This document shows, piece after piece, positions 36,795 through 49,379 of a stretch of 64,000 bases of DNA. The notes below the pieces were generated by a model. That model did not search any database. It saw nothing but the letters and a program-made list of their open reading frames with translations, and was not told where the DNA came from. Source of the DNA: Leucoraja erinacea. Its lineage: Eukaryota. Position numbers and translations under genes: made by a program. The stretch spans positions 5,456,001-5,520,000 of the forward strand of contig NC_073414.1 of assembly GCF_028641065.1 (NCBI RefSeq), in the 5' to 3' direction. The first letter of the stretch is position 1; each line of letters opens with the position of its first letter.

Positions 36795-37582
36795 ATGATC
36801 CACTTTGGTGGCATAAACAGGAAAGTAGACTATTATCTGAATGGTGGCCGATTAGGAAAAGGGGAGATGCAACGAGACCTGGGTGTCATGGTACACCAGT
36901 CATTGAAAGTAGGCATGCAGGTGCAGCAGGCAGTGAAGAAAGCGAATGGTGTGTGTTAGCATTCATAGCAAAAGGATTTGAGTATAGGAGCAGGGAGGTT
37001 CTACTGCAGTTGTACAGGGTCTTGGTGAGACCACACCTGGAGTATTGTGTACAGTTTTGGTCTCCTAATCTGAGGAAAGACATTCTTGCAGAGAAGGTTC
37101 ACCAGACTGATCCCTGGGATGGCAGGACTTTCATATGAAGAAAGATTGGATAGACTCGGCTTGTACACTCTAGAATTTAGAAGATTGAGGGGGGATCTTA
37201 TAGAAATTTACAAAATTCTTAAGGGGTTGGACAGGCTAGATGCAGGAAGATTATTCCCGGTGTTGGGGAAGTCCAGAACAAGGCTTCACACAGTTTAAGG
37301 ATAAGAGGGAAGTCTTTTAGGACTGAGATGAGAAAATCATTTTTTACACAGAGTGGTGAATCTGTGGAATTCTCCGCCACAGAAGGTGGTTGAGGCCACA
37401 GTTCATTGGCTAGATTTAAGAGGGAGTTAGATGTGGCCCCTGTGGCTAAAGGGATCAGGGGGTATGGAGAGAGGCAGGGATGGGATATTGATCTGGATGA
37501 TCAGCATTGATCATATTGAATGGCGGTGCAGGCTCAAAGGGCCGAATGGCCTACTCCTGCACCTATTGTCTATGTTTCTATG
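36795..37582 (+). mobile_element. CR1 3' fragment (frameshifted) in the GPCR C intron
   Basis: Same RT tail and 3' hairpin; further copies near 4155-4590, 6200-6606, 10546-10992, 16841-17408, 25375-25941, 33608-34025, 38719-39261, 42247-42660, 56008-56383, 58595-59120, 62016-62588. Confidence 0.9.
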
Positions 37583-37705
37583 ATAAGGGAATAACCTCGA
37601 TTGAAATCATGTGTTGTTTTTCTGTTGACTTGATAGCACGCAACAAAAGCTTTTCACGTTTCTATGTTTCTGTGTGACTTCTCCCTCTCTTGTCTTGCTC
37701 CACAG

Positions 37706-38613
37706 TGAACTTGGTGGCGATCGTGATCCTGTCCCGTGGCAAGTGTGGCCTCTCCACCTGCACCACCCTCTACCTGGTGTCCATGGCAGCAGCGGACCTG
37801 TTGACCATCATCACCCAGGTGATACTGAGGCGCATCAACATTTATTACTTCCCCTGGAATTTCCTGCGCACCTTCCCCGTGTGCCGGGTGCTGTATGTCC
37901 TTCGGCACATGGCCAGGGGCTGCTCTGTCTGGTTCACCGTCACCTTCACCTTTGATCGCTACGTGGCCATTTGTTGCCAGAAGCTAAAGACTCAATACTG
38001 CAGCAGGAAAACCGCCATGGTGGTTCTGACAGCAACCGGCATTCTGGTCACCGCAAAGAACATCCCAAAGTACTTCATACTGAAACCCTGGGTCATCATC
38101 GACGGCACTCCTTGGCTGTGCATCTTCAAGGCGGGCTATTTCTCCGAGCCTGAATGGGTGGGATTTGACTGGTTTGATTCCATTACTACCCCATTGCTTC
38201 CATTTGGGTTAATCTTGATGTTCAACTTCCTGACAGTCAAGCACATCTTGGTTGCCAGCCGGGTGCGGAAGGCGCTGAGAGGTCAGAGCAGTGGAGACAA
38301 AGGCAGTGACCCTGAGATGGAGAGCCGTAGGAGGTCTATAATCCTGCTCTTTACCTTGTCTGGCAGCTTCATCCTCTTGTGGCTCTTCTACGTCATAGAT
38401 TCCTTCTTTTATTCTATTGCAGGGATAGCCACCAGCCAGTATAATGATGCCCAGTACATCTTTCGCTACATTAGTGTTATGCTATTACACTTGAATTGTT
38501 GTACCAACACATTTATCTACGCTGTGACTCAGTCCAACTTCAGAGAACAGGTGAAGACCATGGCGACATATCCTGTAACTTCAATTATTCGATTCATTAA
38601 ACAAAAAAAATAA
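37706..38613 (+). CDS. GPR139-like orphan GPCR C, exon 2 (324 aa spliced)
   Basis: ccacag|TG rebuilds GVPVN; MAAAD, FDRYVAICC, DPEMESRRRSIILL, NTFIY; divergent paralogue of A/B. Confidence 0.9.
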
Positions 38614-39830
38614 CTGATCTCTTCCGTTCAAGTGCACAATATATTGGGTCCGAAGACCAGGTCTCTGGGTCTACCTGTGTCAAACAGATCCCCCATTTAA
38701 TTGAAGAAAGGCTCGGCTTTGGTCCCCTAATCTGAGGAAAGACATTCTTGCCATAGAGGGAGTACAGAGAAGGTTCACCAGACTGATTCCTGGGATGGCA
38801 GGACTTTCATATGAAGGAAGACTGGATAGACTCGGCTTGTACTCGCTAGAATTTAGAAAATTGAGGGGGGATCTTTTAGAAACTTACAACATTCTTAAGG
38901 GGTTGGACAGGCTAGATGCAGGAAGATTGTTCCCGATGTTGGGGAAGTCCAGAACAAGGGGTCACACAGTTTAAGGATAAGGGGGAAATCTTTTAGGACC
39001 GAGATGAGATTTTTTTCCCCCACACACAGAGTGGTGAATCTGTGGAATTCTCTGCCACAGAAAATAGTTGAGGCCACAGTTCATTGGCTATATTTAAGAG
39101 GGAGTTAGATGTGGCTCTTGTGGCTAAAGGGATCGGGGGTATGGAGAGAAGGCAGGTATGGGATACTGAGTTGGATGATCAGCCATGATCATATTGAATG
39201 GCGGTGCAGGCTCGAAGGGCTGAATGGCCTACTCCTGCACATATTTTCTATGTTTCTATGTTAATACAGGAGCCGTACGGCGGAGAAACGGGCCATTCTG
39301 CCCATCTTGTACCATGATATACATCCCTGCCCTTAGAATCTATGCCCCTATTATTGGCTAGCATCCTGCAAGCTCAGACACAACATTTTGGGTCAGGGAT
39401 CTTCTTCAGGCTTGTGTCTCCACCAACTTTCAAGTTACAAGTTGCAAACTTATTGATCAAACCTCCAGCGTTCATAGTTACACAGAATCCCGGTGGTCCA
39501 ACTCATCAATGCCGACCAAGGTGTCTGCTGAAGCTAGTCCCAATTGCCTGCGTTTGGCCGTTGTCCCTCTCTACCTCATCGGGACCTCTGCGACGATCTC
39601 GACCTTAGCGGGACCTCCGTGACTATCGGCAGTGTCGAATTTGCTCCCTGTGGACCAGCCTCTTCCCATACCCGACTTAAACACGGGTTTAAGGTGAAGG
39701 GGAAAAGATTGAATAGGAATCTGAGGGGTAACGTTTTCACACCAAGGGCGGTGGGTCTACGTAACGAGCTGTCAGAGGAGGTAGTTGAGGCTGGGACTAT
39801 CCCAACATTTAAGAAACAGTTAGACAGGTA

Positions 39831-40587
39831 CAGGTACCCTTCATAATGTTTGGGACAAAGACCCATCATTTAGGCTCGAAGGGCCGAATGGCCTACTCCT
39901 GCACCTAATTTCTATGTTTCTATTTACTTGCCTCTGTACTCCACAATTTGAGATTTGTAATATTTAAAAAATCACCTGTGGTTAAAGTGCATTTTGTCAG
40001 ATTATAATAAAGGCCATGTTATACATTTTGGTTTCACCATGTAGAAATTACAGCAGTGAGCTTTTCCTTGGCCTGCCGATCCCTTTGCGATTCGTAAGCC
40101 CACCAGTGCTCCCTTTCTTCTTAATGATGTTCCAAACCGTTGATTTTGGTAAGCCTAAGGTTTGGCTGATGTTTCTAACAGTTTTATTCTTGTTTCTCAG
40201 TCTCATAGTGGCTTCTTTGACTTTCATTGGCACAACTTTGGGCCTCATGTTGATAAACAGCAATAAAAGTTTCCAAAGGTGATGGAAAGACTGGAGGAAA
40301 GACTAGGTGCTGATGATACCTGCATTAAGGAGGCAATTAAACACACCTGGGCAACCTGTGTCCCAAACATTATGCTGCCCTGAAATGGGGGGGGGGGGCT
40401 ATGTATAAACACAGCTGTAACTTCTACATGGTGAAACCAAAATGTATACAAATGGCCTTTATTAAAATCTGACCATGCACACTTTAACCACAAGTGGGTT
40501 TCTTTCTATTACAAATCTCAAATTGTGGAGTACGGATATAAATAAATAAATGACGGGTCTTTGTCCCAAACATTATGGAGGGCACTG
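39831..40587 (-). mobile_element. Internally deleted Tc1-like DNA transposon (IR/DR type)
   Basis: ~200-bp terminal inverted repeats beginning CAG..CCCT.CATAATGTTTGGGACAAAGACCC; TA duplication; residual transposase N-terminus with HTH and GRPRK (40048-40263, -). Confidence 0.88.
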
Positions 40588-40860
40588 TACATGGATAGGA
40601 CAGGTTTGGAGGGATATGGACCAAATTTGACCGCTGGCTGGTCAAAATGAAAGAGTTCTAATTGTGCTTTTGTCGATACCACTGCTGCTATAGAGGTGAC
40701 CAGGGCATTGTAAAAAAACAGAGGCAATCCAATCCCATGTCAGAGAACCACGTGCCAGCTCCATGCAAAGATAGAAACAAGTATTAGTTTGTGGGTCAAC
40801 CGACCATTAATACCAGCAGGTTTCAAAAACCACAACTTCTCACCATCCATTTTGATTCAT

Positions 40861-40866
40861 TTTATT
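40861..40866 (-). terminator. Candidate polyadenylation signal of BCKDHA
   Basis: AATAAA on the minus strand near the end of a ~1 kb non-repetitive UTR-like block (40730-41750); no transcript evidence. Confidence 0.35.
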
Positions 40867-41843
40867 CCTATTCCTTAACCATCAATGATTATACACACAA
40901 CACGAACACACTTATATTTTGTAACAGACTTGAAGATAAATATGACATTTTGATTTGCCAAGGCTGCTTCTGATGTACTTCAGCCGATATTCGGACCCTC
41001 GCTCCCCCTGCGTCACAAGCCAATATACAACTTGACACCAATATCCTATTTTGTGTCACATTTACCTGTAAAGCTGTACATTAACAGCGGCAAGCCGCGC
41101 CGTTTCGGCTGCGGCATTGCAAGGATTAAGTCAAGACCCCGAAGAGTTTCGAAAGCCACAGGGAGTCACTAACAGAATATCTACAAGGCCAAGTCCCTGG
41201 ATAAATCAGCACAAGATAAACCAGAACAAAACAAAGATTATTAATGGTTTTGATATCGATAATTAACTGTTTGTGATGTATCTCTTTTCAAGAGAATATT
41301 GGAGACTTCACATTGTTTAAACAAGGAAGCATATGGTTTGGGCTAGCGAGGGGGAAAATGCATCACAGTGTAATATGAACAAGGTCCTAGTCTCTTTGTC
41401 AGGGCACCATTCACTCGTCCCATGTACAGCAGCCAGGATCGGCATCTGGAACTGTTAACAAAGCTTTAGGACTGTCCCAGAGTCTTGCTGGACTCATTAT
41501 TAATCTCCACTGCTGGGGTCACCTCTGGAAAAGAAAAAGGGCTCTAGGCATTAACATGAGCAATTGCACTTGCTGAGGATGGCTTTAATGGTGCTCCATT
41601 CAACAGAACTGTTTGCTTCCAGAACCAGGCGATGGGAGGCAGTTCCACCCCATATCATAGATCCAAGCCTCAGCTGCTTGTGAGCGCCAACATCAGACCC
41701 TTAATACCAGCAAACGGGGGCCATTGGAAGTAAACTGTTTATTAAAACATGGTTTTAAAGGCGGCACGGTGGCACAGCGGTAGAGTTGCTGCCTTACAGC
41801 GCCCGAGACCCAGGTTTGATTCTGACATCTGTAAATTGTAAAT

Positions 41844-42110
41844 CTCATATTTCGCTTGGGTAGTTTACACCCCAGCGGTATGATCATTGACTTCCCTAAC
41901 TTCAGGTAGCCCCTTGCCGTCTCTCTCCATCCCCTTCCCCTACCCAGTTCTCCTACCAGTCGTACTGTCTCCGACTACATTCTATCTTTGTCCCGCCCCC
42001 TCCCCAGACATCAGTCTGAAGAAGGGTCTCGACCCGAAACGTCGCCAATGCCTTCTCTCCAGAGATGCTGCCTCACCCGCTGAGTTACTCCAGCATTGTG
42101 TGTCTACTTT
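41844..42110 (+). mobile_element. Penelope-like element 3' end (endonuclease C-terminus plus terminal repeat)
   Basis: LIFRLGSLHPSGMIIDFPNFR* resembles PLE GIY-YIG C-termini as recalled; followed by CTGAAGAAGGGTCTCGACCCGAAACGTC; similar ends at ~20459 and ~29001. Confidence 0.7.
42012..42046 (+). ncRNA. Minimal hammerhead ribozyme-like motif in a Penelope-like terminal repeat
   Basis: CUGAAGA-(A)-stem II GGGU[CUCG]ACCC-GAAA-palindromic ACGU-C; activity untested. Confidence 0.55.
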
Positions 42111-43253
42111 CTGTACATTGGCCCTAGTGTGTAGGATTGTGCTAGTGTACGGGGTGATCGCTGGTCGGCGCTCTAACTGATTTCTAGGGCTTTATAACCC
42201 CCTTTGATGCCCCTTTAATCCATGAGGTTACTGGGGAGAGCAGAGGATGAAAGAATGGAGCGACTGGGCTTATATTCACTGGAATTTAGAAGGATGAGAG
42301 GGGATCTAATAGAAACATATAACATTCTTAAGGGTAGATGCAGGGAAAACGTTCCCGATGTTGGGGGAGTCCAGAACCAGAGGTCACACAGTTTAAGAAT
42401 AAGGTGTAGGACTGAGATAAGGAAACACTTTTTCACTCAGGGAGTTGTGCATCTGTGGAATTCTCTGCCACAGAAGGCGGTGGAGGCCAATTCACTGGAT
42501 GTTTTCAAGAGAGAGTTAGATTTAGCTCTTGGGGCTTTTGGAATCAAGGGATATGGGGGAAAAAGCAGGATGATCAGCCATGATCATATTGAATGGCGGT
42601 GCTGGTTCGAAGGGACGAATGTCCTACTCCTGCAGCTATTTTCTACGTTTCAATGTTTCTGCCAACACAAAAGACGGCTGGGTGGAAAGAGGGAAACAAC
42701 ATGGTCATAAAGGACCCATCAGCACCTGTGGTCAGGATCGAAAGCGGGATGAGGCTGAAACTGTAGTGTGGTGACACTGTGTCACCCAGGAATGAAGTGG
42801 TAGGGATGGGAGGTGGGAACGATTTGCAGAGTGGGATGAGGGTAGACAAAAAATGCTGGAGAAACTCAGCGGGTGAGGCAGCATCTATGGAGAGAAGGAA
42901 TAGGCGACGTTTCGGGTCGAGACCCGAAACGTCGCCTATTCCTTCTCTCCATAGATGCTGCCTCACCCGCTGAGTTTCTCCAGCATTTTTTGTCTATCTT
43001 CGATTTTTCCAGCATCTGCAGTTCAGAGGGGAATGGGGAATGAGGAATTCACTGCCATTAGATTCCTCCAAAACCCAGCGACCAGCAACACAGACCACCA
43101 AGACCTGGGCAACTATAGAGAGAGGGGAGCGTCACCATAGTTAGCATTAGTTTTGGAAATCGGACGAGGCAACTTTGTGGATTGAGGATTAAAGTTAGTG
43201 GTGTGCGGGACTGAAGGGCGGGCGGGCGGGACTGGGAATCGACTCCATGACAT

Positions 43254-43424
43254 CTACTTCTCAAAATGGTCCATGGGATAATGCTCGCCGTACATCTTCA
43301 GGTGCCTCTGCAGCGCCTCCTGCTGTTTCTGCAGCAAGACCGGCATTTCTTCGTACACGTCCGTGAATAAGTAGTCCACCTTGGGCTTCAGCTCACGTTC
43401 GGCCTCCTCAAAGGCTTCCATCAC
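43254..43424 (-). CDS. BCKDHA: BCKDHA exon 9, last coding exon (CDS total 1320 nt, 439 aa)
   Basis: [15 protein letters not shown]...[16 protein letters not shown]; all nine exons join in frame. Confidence 0.95.
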   Translation of the reverse strand: MMEAFEEAERELKPKVDYLFTDVYEEMPVLLQKQQEALQRHLKMYGEHYPMDHFEK

Positions 43425-44975
43425 CTGGCAACAAGACGGCAGGTCATAAGTGATAGGAGCGGAATTAGGCCGTTCGGCCCATCAAGTCTACCCCGCCGTT
43501 CAGTCATGGCTGATCTATCGTTCCCTCTTAAACATAGAAAATAGGTGCAGGAGTAGGCCATTCGACCCTGCACCACCATTCATTGTGATCATGGCTGATC
43601 ATCCAACTCAGTATCCCATCCCTGCCTTCTCTCCATACCCCCTGATCCCTTTAGCCACAAGGTCCACATCTAACTCCCTCTTAAATATAGCCCATGAACC
43701 GGCCTCAACTACCCTCTGTGGCAGAGAATTCCACAGATTCACCACTCTCCGTGTGACAAATCTCTGGAACCTCTGCCTTCTCCCCATAACCCCTGACACC
43801 CGCACTAATCAAGAACCTATCTATCTCTGCCCAAAAAATATCCATTGACTTGGGCCTCCACAGCCTTCTGTGGCAAAGAGTTCCACAGATTCTCCACCCT
43901 CTGACTGAAGAAATTCCTCCTCATCTCCTGCCTGAAGGAACATCCTTTAATTCTGAGACTATGTCCTCTAGTCCTAGACTCTCCCACTAGTGGAAACATC
44001 CTCTCCACATCCACTCTATACAAGCCTTTCACTATTCGGTATGTTTCAATGAAGTCCCCCCCTCATTCTTCCAAACTCCGGCAAGTACAGGCCCAGTGCC
44101 GTCAAACTGGTCAGCTAGTTGGGTAGGATTGCTGTTTTATCACCAGTGGCTATCGGTGCCCCTGCTGATCTGGACCAGTCCAGAGTGAAGCATGAAGGTG
44201 TCCTCGTCCCAACTGTTCAACCAGCTGTGCTCCCATACGCACCATGTCTCGTGTAAGGAAAAGATCGGAGAGATGCACAGATTCTCTTGTGTAAAAAAAG
44301 TTACCCCTTAGATTCCCATTAAATCTTTCCCCCCTCACCATAAACCTATGTCCTCTAATTCTCGATTCCCCTACTCTGGGCAAAAGACTCAATTTACCCA
44401 ATGTATTCCTCCGTTTAAGAAAGAACTGCAGATGCTGGAAAAATCGAAGGTAGACAAAAATGCTGGAGAAACTCAGCAGGTGAGGCAGCATCTATGGAGG
44501 GAAGGGATAGGTGACGTTTCGGGTCCAGACCCGAAACGTCACCTATTCCTTCTCTCCATAGATGCTGCCTCACCCAATGTATTCCTCTCATCATTTTGTA
44601 CACCATAAGATCACCCCTCATCCTTCTGCCTTCCAAGGAATAATATCTTAGCCTGCTTATCTCTCCCTACAGTTCTGGCCCTCGAGTCCTGGCAACATCC
44701 TCGTAAATCTTCTCTGCAACCTCTCCAGCTCAACAACGTATCTGCAAAAGACTGTGGGTATATCTGATCTATTCCTCTCATGATTTTGGACGCGTCTTGG
44801 TCTAACGGCCTCTGCTTGTAAAGCTCTGAGACCTGTTATGTATGAAGTCCACCACGATTGCATTTCAGGTAAAGCAATGACTAAGTACTGGATAGGGAAC
44901 GTAATATGCTGAGGTCCTTCATTTCCAGGTGCCGAGGGGGGGGGGGGGGGGGGGGGGGGGGAGGAGAGTACCTAC

Positions 44976-45147
44976 CCGTTTCCTGGACTGTTTCCTCCAT
45001 GCTTTCTCCTGCTCCTCATCCCACCAGCCCTTGTTCACCATGTAGTGCCTGAGCCTGGAGATGGGGTGATCTTGCTTGTCCCAATAGTTCACTTCATCCA
45101 CTGACCGATAGGCCGAGCTGTCGTCGCTGGTGCTGTGATGTCCGATC
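44976..45147 (-). CDS. BCKDHA: BCKDHA exon 8 (BCKDK phosphorylation loop HHSTSDD)
   Basis: [35 protein letters not shown], 172 nt. Confidence 0.96.
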
Positions 45148-45261
45148 CTGAGGGAGTTCGCAACACAAACCCGCGCAGCATCTCAGCACGTATATGTTGC
45201 AATATTACACGTTCAATTTTACGCGGTTTAGTTTCGAGATACGGCGTGGTAACGGGCCCTC

Positions 45262-45745
45262 TATAACCATATAACCATATAACAATTACAGCACGGAAAC
45301 AGGCCATCTCGACCCTTCTAGTCCGTGCCGAACACATAATCTCCCCTAGTCCCATATACCTGCGCTCAGACCATAACCCTCCATTCCCTTCCCATCCATA
45401 TAACTATCCAATTTATTTTTAAATGATAAAAACGAACCTGCCTCCACCACCTTCACTGGAAGCTCATTCTACACAGCTACCACTCTCTGAGTAAAGAAGT
45501 TCCCCCTCATGTTACCCCTAAACTTCAGTCCCTTAATTCTCATGTCATGTCCCCTTGTTTGAATCTTCCCTACTCTCAGTGGGAAAAGCTTGTCCACGTC
45601 AACTCTGTCTATCCCTATCATCATTTTAAAAACCTCTATCAAGTCCCCCCTTAACCTTCTGCGCTCCAAAGAATAAAGCCCTAACTTGTTCAACCTTTCT
45701 CTGTAACTTAGTTGCTGAAACCCAGGCAACATTCTAGTAAATCTC
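45262..45745 (-). mobile_element. CR1 3' fragment of a second subfamily with a (GGTTATAT)n tail
   Basis: ORF MLPGFQQLSYRERLNKLGLYSLERRRLRGDLIEVFK; different tail repeat. Confidence 0.82.
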
Positions 45746-46415
45746 TACCCACTGAGTACGCAGTGACCAGCGATCCCTGCACATTAACACCATCCATGCA
45801 CACGGGGGACAATTTTCACTTGTAACAAGTAGCCAATAAACCTACAAACCTGCACATCTTTGCACTACACCCACACGGCCACGGGGGGAAAACATACAGA
45901 CAGCACCCAAAGTCAGGATCGATCCTGGGTCTCGGTTGCTGCATGGTATCTATAATGCCCCTGTCCCACTTAGGAAACCAGAACGGAAACCTCTGGAGAC
46001 TTTGTGCCCCACACAAGGTTTCCGTGCGGTTCCCGGAGGTTTTTGTCAGTCTCCCTACCTGCTTCCACTACCTGCAACCTCCGGCAACCTCCGGGAAATG
46101 CACGGAAACCTTGGGTAGGGCGCAAATTCTCCAGAGGTTTCCGTTCAGGTTTCCTAAGTGGGACAGGGGCTTGACTCTCTCTTGAAAGCATTCAGACTCC
46201 TGGCCTCCACCGCCCTCTGTGAGGCAGAGAATTCCACAGACTCACAACTCTCTCTGTGTGTGGAAGAAGTGTTTCCTCGTCTCTGTTCTAAATGGCTCAC
46301 CCCTTATTCTTAAACTGTGGCTCCCCCAACATCGGGAACATGTTTCCTGCCTCCAGCGTGCCCAAACCCTTAATAATCTTATATGTTAATCAGAATCATT
46401 GAGAGAACTTATTCA

Positions 46416-46616
<201 letters not shown>

Positions 46617-46659
46617 TTATTATCTGTGTTTCATGCTTGACATCAGGGACTGTGCTTGA

Positions 46660-47310
46660 CATTACCAACTCCCTGATGTTCCGATGGTCACTCCAACCCC
46701 ATGGTCTTCATATTTAAGCAGGAACTGCAGATACTGAAAAATCGAAGGTAGACAAAAATGCTGGAGAAACTCAGCGGGTGAGGCAGCATCTATAGAGCGA
46801 AGGAAATAGGCGACGTTTCGGGTCCAGACCCATCTTCATGTCTGATGCTGCCTCACCCGCTGGGTTTCTCCAGCATTTTTGTCTCCATACGTCACTGTCA
46901 ACCCATAAGCATCTACGTCACTCCCACTCTTTGATGTTACTCCCAACCCACGACTTTTGCTACATCACTCCCACCCCATGGCCCTTCGATGTCACTCCCG
47001 GTCTCATGACCTTCTAAGTCACTTCCAACCCAAGAGCCTTCCGTCGTTACTCCCAATCCGTGACCCTTTCTGCATCACTCCCACCCCGTGGCCCGTCCAC
47101 CTCACTCCCAACCTTCGAAGTCACTCCCAACGCATGAGCTTGCGACGTCACTCGCAAACCATGACCCTTCCTACTTTACTCCCAATCCGACATAGCTCCC
47201 AACGCCATGGCTCTCGTAACTCACTCCCAAGCCTTTCACTTACCTCCGTCACTCCCAACAAATGACCCTTCCATACCAGTCCCACCCTCATCACTTCCAA
47301 CCCACGATGC
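46660..47310. repeat. Degenerate ~27-bp minisatellite in BCKDHA intron 6
   Basis: Recurrent GTCACTCCCAACCCATGACCCTTC core, interrupted by a Penelope fold-back. Confidence 0.7.
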
Positions 47311-49379
47311 TGCCGTAATCGTCCGATCAGCAGAGAAGGTTATTGGCTGCAACCTTCCCTCCATTGATGAACTGTACACTGCAAGGGCCAGGAAGCGAGC
47401 GGGCAAGATCATCTCTGACCCCTCTCACCCTGGCCACAAACTCTTTGGATCACTTCCCTCTGGAAGGCGACTCCGGACTGTCAAAGCTGCCACAGCCAGA
47501 CAAAAAAGTTTTTATCCACGAGTAGTTGCTCTACTCAACAGCCAAAAATCTGTAGCCTCCCTACAGGTGATCTGGTATTTTGTTGGTTCACATGCTTGAT
47601 CAATGGTGTTTTATCATGAATGTTTTATTATTATTAATGTTTAGTGTTTTCTGAGTCATTCGTAACTGTCACTGTATGTCATGTTGTTACTTGTGGGCGG
47701 AGCACCAAAGCAAATTCCTTGTATGTGAATACTTGGCCAATAAACGCATGTACTTACTTAATAACTCCCAACCCAAATTGTCCCTAACAATGGTGAGTAG
47801 CAGGAGAAGTGGGGGAGTTGATGGGTATATGTGAGAGAATCGTGGGGCATGTTGCTAACGCAGATGCACCAAGAGCCAGCTGAGAAACAGGCCCTTCGGC
47901 CCAATTTGTCCATGCCTACCAAGATGCCCCATCTATGCTAGTACCACTGGCTTACATTTGGACCATATCCCTCTAAACATTTTCCAACCATGTACCAGAG
48001 GGCATCGGTTTAAGGTGAAGGGGTAAAGATATTAATAAAGGAATCTTAGGAGTAACCAGAGGTTTTCTTCAAAGGGTGGTGGGAGTATAGAACAAGCTGC
48101 CAGAGGAGGTAGTTACGCCAGGGACAATCGCAACACTTAAGGTAGATACATGGATCGGACAGATTTAGTGGGATACGGGCCAAACGCAGGCAGGTGGGAC
48201 TTGTGTAGATGGGACATGTTGGTCGGTTGGGTCGAGAGACCTGTTTCCATGCTGTATGACTGTATCTCTCTATAACCATGTACCTGTCCAAATATATTTT
48301 AAATGTTGTTACTGTACCTGTCTCAACTACCACCTCCGGCAGCCTGTCCCATATACCTACTACCCTCAGTGTGAAAAAGGTACACCTCAGGTTCCTCTCA
48401 AATCTTAAAGTTATGTTCTACGGTTCTCGACTCCCCTGCTCTGGGTAAAAGACTGTGTGCATTCAATGGTCCCCTTCCATGGCACAAGGAAGTAGGAGAA
48501 AGGGATAGTACTGGGGCTAGGGGATGAGTTGCCTCTTTTTGTGCTGCAGTATTCTTTGGTCCTATGAACTCTCCAACTCCCAACAGTTTTGTGCCTTTTC
48601 ATACTTCTCGTTTCCCTCTCCGCTGACTTTGTCTGAAGAAGGGAACTTCACTCACCCCCCCTGCAGGAACTATACAACAGGAGGTGCAACTCCAGAGCAA
48701 ATAAAATCATGGGAGACCCCTTCCACCCCTGCAACGGGCTGTTCCAGCCGCTACGGTCAGGCAAACGCCTCCGTTGCCATGCAGTGAGAACGGAGAGGTT
48801 GAGAAGGAGTTTCTTCCCAGAGGCAATTTGGACTGTAAACGCCTATCTCACCAGGGACTAACTCTACTGAACGTTTTTCCTTCCATTATTTATTATGTAA
48901 AAGAATATGTGTGTTATGATTGTGTTTATAATTTGTTTGGTTGTTTTGTTGTTTGTCTTTTGCACAAAAGTCCGCGAGCATTGCCACTTTCATTTCACTG
49001 CACATCTCGTATGTGTATGTGACAAATAAACTTTGCAGGTCGAGGTCGAGGAACAGCTTCTTCCCGGCGGCTGTCACTCTACTCAACAACGTACCTCGGT
49101 GACTGCCAATCACCCCCCCCCCCGGACACTTATTATTATTTATTCAAATCGTTTGCTATGTCGCTCTTTCAGGGAGATGCTAAATGCATTTCGTTGTCTC
49201 TGTACTGTACACTGACAATGACAATTAAAATTGAATCTGAATCTGAACCTGAACTTGACTTGACTTGACTCGATCCGAAACGTCACCCATTCCTGTTCTC
49301 CACGACGCTGCCTGACCCGCAGCTTTGTTATGTCTAGCTCCCAACAGCATCTCCCTTGTACGGTGCTGCCAATACCTAC

